A program made the position numbers and the translations under genes. Source: the human T2T-CHM13v2.0 reference genome, Homo sapiens. From it: DNA of 64,000 nucleotides. Below are positions 58,025 through 64,000 of the stretch, in pieces; position 1 is the stretch's first letter, and every line of letters starts with the position of its first letter. The stretch is from the NCBI RefSeq assembly GCF_009914755.1, contig NC_060932.1; one strand, given 5' to 3'. The notes beneath the pieces are model-generated. The model saw nothing but the letters and a program-made list of their open reading frames with translations. It did no database searches and had not been told where the DNA came from.

Positions 58025-58640
58025 ATTTTCTTCCAGGTTTTCAGTTTTGGGTTTGACATTTAAAACTTTAATCCATCTTGAGTTAAATTTTATATGGTTT
58101 AAAGAAGGGGTCCAGTTTCAATCTTCTGCATATGGCTAGCCAGTTATCCCAGCATACCATTTATTGAATAGGGAATCCTTTACCTATTGCTTGTTTTTGT
58201 CAGGTTTGTTGAAGATCAGAAAATTGTAGGTGTGCAGTCTTATTTCTGGGTGCTCTATTCTGTTCCATTGGTCAATGTGTCTGTTTTTGTATCAGTACCA
58301 TGCTGTTTGGGTTACTGTAGCCCTGGAGTATAGCTTGAAGGAGATCATTATCCCTAGCAAACTAACACAGGAACAGAAAACCAAATACTGCATGTTATCA
58401 CTAATAAGTGGGAGCTTAATGATGGGAACACATGGACACATAGAAAGGAACAACAGACACTGGGCCTTTCAGAGGGAGGAAAGAGGGAGAGGATAAGGAA
58501 AAATAACTAATGGGTCCTCGGCTTAATACTTGGGTAATGAAATAATCTGTACAACAAACTCTCATGAAACAAGTTTACCTATGAAACAAACCTGCGTTGT
58601 ACCCCTAAACTTGAAATAAAATTTATAAACAAATAAACAA
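58025..58640. mobile_element. L1PA (about L1PA13) with 5' inversion: antisense ORF2 piece 58025-58339 joined to sense 3' end 58340-58640
   Basis: GGGGTCCAGTTTCAATCTTCTGCATATGGCTAGCCAG (reverse ORF2) abuts ATCATTATCCCTAGCAAACTAACACAGGAACAGAAAACC...TGAAATAATCTGTACAACAAAC (forward 3'UTR). Confidence 0.9.
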
Positions 58641-60795
58641 AAAGAAATGAATGAAAAGAGAAAAAAAATACTGAGTAAAAATAAACAGTAGGTGTTTTTA
58701 AGGAATGAGATTTTTTGTGTTTTTTTCCGTCTTTACATTTGTTATTATTTAAACACTTCCCAATGAACATGCACTACTTGTGTAATAAATGTAACTATTA
58801 TTCACATTTAGTTGACTATGTTTTAAAACTAACCCAGAGTTTAATTTTGATAATGATTTTTAAAAGGGAAAATAACATAAACTTTTTTCTCTCCTCTTTT
58901 CTACTGTGAGAGTGAGCAGTATTTATCACACATACACACACGTCATATCTGAATTCCTCAAAATGTTAAACAAGTTATTGCTCTAAAATTGATAAGAAAT
59001 ACATCAATCTGTGTATTTGCTGATATATATAGTGTATAATTTTAAAATTATTTCTATATTTTATTCACGTGAAATTTCTTGATTCAGTTTAAACTGTTAG
59101 TTTTATGAAATATAATCCACATCCATCCTTTTAACTACAATCACCTGTATGGGCAACAATGCATGTAAGCTTAATGAGAAACGAGTATGCATCCATACCT
59201 GTAGGGGTCAGTTATTATTTGCTATTGTACTCTTTTATTCAATACACAATAATTTTGTCTAGGAAGGCACACTGAAAATTTATAAAATTTCTACTGAAAA
59301 GTGTCTATTTTACTTACATCACCATTTTAGATTTTCTTTGTTCTCTTTCTTTGCAATTGATAACAAAAAAATTACAATCAAGGCATATGATATATGTTTT
59401 TTTCTTCTGTTTTTTGGAATTATTTTTCCCCACCTCCAGTATTACATTAACTCTAACATATACACAGATATATACAGCCATAGCTGGCTTTGAGCTGGGG
59501 AAGGTGTCTACCCTGTCCATCTCCTTCATCTAGAATTCTCATTTGTCATACAACCGTCATCGTCTTTGTTCCATTAATTGTTTGAAAGAGATAATGTCAC
59601 AAGATCTCAGAATCAAGCTACTTTGTCAATCTTCCTTTATCTTATACATTTGCCTTCTCTCAGAAACAGAATTTTAAAATAATAACAAGACAGCAAAAAC
59701 TTTTTCTTTATCCAGTAATAGAATTGGCAGTTTCTATAATGAAGGGAATATTTTCAGAGGAGGAAATATGAGGCCATGCTACCAATCAAAATAGCTAATA
59801 ATTATATGTATATATGTCTGTATAAAATATAATTTCAAATTGTGTGTTTTGGGGAAATGCTGAGTTTTAAACAGTTTTAAGTTATATGCCTAGGCATATA
59901 ATAAAAATGTATCAATTGAATACTCAATATAATTTTAGCTCATGAAAAATTGTGTTATAACTGTGGTAACTGTAAATAAGTTTTCTGCAAGTTAAACAGA
60001 GCAATGATATTCCTTATGTTCCAGTTAGTAGTGCTGTGAACAAGAGAAAGATTTCTAGTGCAATTGAAAATGCTGAAAACATTTTCAAAAAATATTGTTT
60101 GTTGTATTCAGTTTGTTATAGCATTAATAAATTTTGCTATTATCCAACTTCTCTAAAGTACTTTAAAAATTTCTATTTCACTATTTTAAAAATATTGTAA
60201 CATCTTCTAGTCTCAAGTATAAATTAGTATAAATTGTATGTCAGAAAGCATTGTCTGTCTCTCACTCTGTGTCTATGTGCCTAAATATATGTAGATTTCA
60301 CTCCATCTCACTATGCTACACATATACAAGAACATGTATATATTGATAGAAAGAGAAAAGTACATTCCTTCAAGTACAATTAAATGACTGGCTATACTTC
60401 CTTGGAAGGGTGACTTGCTAACATTTCCAAGGTTAGATTTATAGATTTGCAATGATTTAATGCATAAAGTGCATTTCCTGGAAAAATTCAATTAATTCCA
60501 ATATTCTCAAAATCCTTCTTTCTGAGACTTAACATGTAAATTTTTTCATGTTGCCAGTTTTTTAAATAAAATAATAAAAGTTAGCTGCAAATAAAATGTA
60601 TATTAAAGATTGTTGGGTAATTTTTGTATGCTAATATGCATTGCAGTTCTTATTTTTCAAACAAAACATATTTAGACTCAAACATACCTGATATTAAATT
60701 TTAAACGTACATTATCTCTAAAAATAAAACAAAAACAAATTTCAAATATATCAACAACATCATATATAAAATACTCAGCTTTCAAAGGCTATTTT

Positions 60796-61692
60796 GGGGG
60801 GAGGAGCCAAGATGGCCGAATAGGAACAGCTCGGTCTACAGCTCCAAGCGTGAGCGACGCAGAAGATGGGTGATTTCTGCATTTCCATCTGAGGTACCGG
60901 GTTCATCTCACTAGGGAGTGCCAGACAGTGGGCGCAGGTCAGTGGGTGCGCCGTGCGCGAGCCGAAGCAGGGCAAGGCATTGCCTCACTTCGGAAGTGCA
61001 AGGGGTCAGGGAGCTCCCTTTCCGAGTCAAAGAAAGGGGGGACGGACTCACCTGGAAAATCGGGTCACTCCCACCAGAATTTTGCGCTTCTTGGACCGGC
61101 TTAAAAAACGGCGCGCCACAAGATTATATCCCGCACATGGCTCGGAGGGTCCCACAGAGTCTCGCTGATTGCTAGCACAGCAGTCTGAGATCAAACTGCA
61201 AGGCGGCACCAAGGCTGGGGGAGGGGCGCCCGCCATTGCCCAGGCTTGCTTAGGTAAACAAAGCAGCTGGGAAGCTCGAACTGGGTGGAGCCCACCACAC
61301 CTCAAGGAGGCCTGCCTGCCTCTGTAGGCTCCACCTCTGGGGGCAGGGCACAGACAAACAAAAAGACAGCAGTAACCTCTGCAGACTTAAATGTCCCTGT
61401 CTGACAGCTTTGAAGAGAGCAGTGGTTCTCCCAGCACGCAGCTGGAGATCTGAGAACGGGCAGACTGCCTCCTCAAGTGGGTCCCTGACCCCTGACCCCC
61501 CGAGCAGCCTAACTGGGAGGCACCCCCCAGCAGGGGCACACTGACACCTCACACAGCAGGGTATTCCAACAGACCTGCAGCTGAGGGTCCTGTCTGTTAG
61601 AAGGAAAACTAACAAACAGAAAGGACATCCACACCAAAAACCCATCTGTACATCACCATCATCAAAGACCAAAAGTAGATAAAACCACAAAG
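60796..61692 (+). promoter_or_regulatory. L1 5'UTR internal sense promoter and antisense promoter; YY1 site CCAAGATGGCC at 60807-60817
   Basis: Established L1PA 5'UTR architecture; YY1 motif intact; the largest CpG-rich stretch in the window. Confidence 0.88.
61048..61236 (-). CDS. L1 ORF0, truncated to 62 aa (MAGAPPPALVPPCSLISDCC...VGVTRFSR*)
   Basis: Matches the primate L1 antisense ORF0 N-terminus; has a 2-codon deletion and a TGA at 61048-61050 relative to the 71-aa consensus. Confidence 0.75.
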   Translation of the reverse strand: MAGAPPPALVPPCSLISDCCASNQRDSVGPSEPCAGYNLVARRFLSRSKKRKILVGVTRFSR

Positions 61693-62709
61693 ATGGGGTA
61701 AAAACAGAACAGAAAAACAGGAAACTCTAAAAAGCAGAGCGCCTCTCCTCCTCCAAAGGAACGCAGTTCCTCACCAGCAACGGAACAAAGCTGGATGGAG
61801 AATGACTTTGACGAGCTGAGAGAAGAAGGCTTCAGATGATCAAATTACTCTGAGCTACGGGAGGACATTCAAACCAAAGGCAAAGAAGTTGAAAACTTTG
61901 AAAAAAATTTAGAAGAATGTATAACTAGAATAACCAATACAGAGAAGTGCTTAAAGGAGCTGATGGAACTGAAAACCAAGGCTTGAGAACTACGTGAAGA
62001 ATGCAGAAGCCTCAGGAGCCAATGCGATCAACTGGAAGAAAGGGTATCAGCAATGGAAGATGAAATGAATGAAATGAAGCGAGAAGGGAAGTTTAGAGAA
62101 AAAAGAATAACAAGAAATGAGCAAAGCCTCCAAGAAATATGGGACTATGTGAAAAGACCAAATCTACATCTGATTGTTGTACCTGAAAGTGTTGGGGAGA
62201 ATGGAACCAAGTTGGAAAACACTCTGCAGGATATTATGCAGGAGAACTTCCTCAATCTAGCAAGGCAGGCCAACGTTCAGATTCAAGAAATAGAGAGAAT
62301 GCCACAAAGATACTCCTCAAGAAGAGCAACTCCAAGACACATAATTGTCAGATTCACCAAAGTTGAAATGAAGGAAAAAATGTTAAGGGCAGCCAGAAAG
62401 AAAGGACGGGTTACCCTCAAAGGGAAGCCCATCAGACTAACAGCGGATCTCTCAGCAGAAACCCTACAAGCCAGAAGAGAGTGGGGGCCAATATTCAACA
62501 TTCTTAAAGAAAAGAATTTTCAATTCACAATTTCATATCCAGCCAAACTAAGCTTCATAAGTGAAGGAGAAATAAAATACTTTACAGACAAGCAAATGCT
62601 GAGAGATTTTGTCACCACCAGGCCTGCCCTAAAAGAGCTCCTGAAGGAAGCACTAAACATGGAAAGGAACAACCGGTACCAGCCGCTGCAAAATCATGCC
62701 AAAATGTAA
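61693..62709 (+). pseudogene. L1 ORF1p, disrupted
   Basis: ATG at 61693, normal stop at 62707-62709 (338 codons). In-frame stops: TAA at codon 3 (61699), TGA at codon 49 (61837), TGA at codon 98 (61984). The 218-aa track ORF from 62053 is the remaining C-terminal part. Confidence 0.95.
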
Positions 62710-62757
62710 AGACCATCAAGACTAGGAAGAAACAGCATCAACTACCGAGCAAAATAA

Positions 62758-64000
<1,243 letters not shown>

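Overview
AT-rich, repeat-dense primate genomic DNA. AluY and an L1PA2-type LINE-1 point to a human or great ape; the region is probably intergenic or deep intronic. I recognise no host protein-coding gene and no rRNA, tRNA or CRISPR array; almost all ORF-track entries are chance ORFs or transposon-derived. The window holds old and middle-aged LINE-1 fragments, six Alus, several LTRs (THE1, MLT1A, MER31/67-like, MER72-like, LTR16 with ERVL internal sequence), DNA-transposon relics (MER44, MER58A, MER5A), MIR and L2 relics, and microsatellites. From 60796 it holds the 5' half of a young L1PA2-like element: ORF1 has three in-frame stops and ORF2 is open to the window edge. Repeat subfamily names come from my recall of consensus sequences, not from a RepeatMasker run, and old-repeat boundaries are approximate. 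I cannot support a new multi-gene system here. The strongest unexplained structure is five 90-510 bp copies of nearby sequence (two inverted, three direct; donor within about 4 kb), one containing a perfect 112-bp gene-conversion-like tract, alongside many short tandem duplications. Also notable are altered splice donors in the L1 antisense ORF0, two AG|GT recursive-splice-like sites, a perfect cUUCGg hairpin overlapping AATAAA, and a candidate conserved non-coding element.
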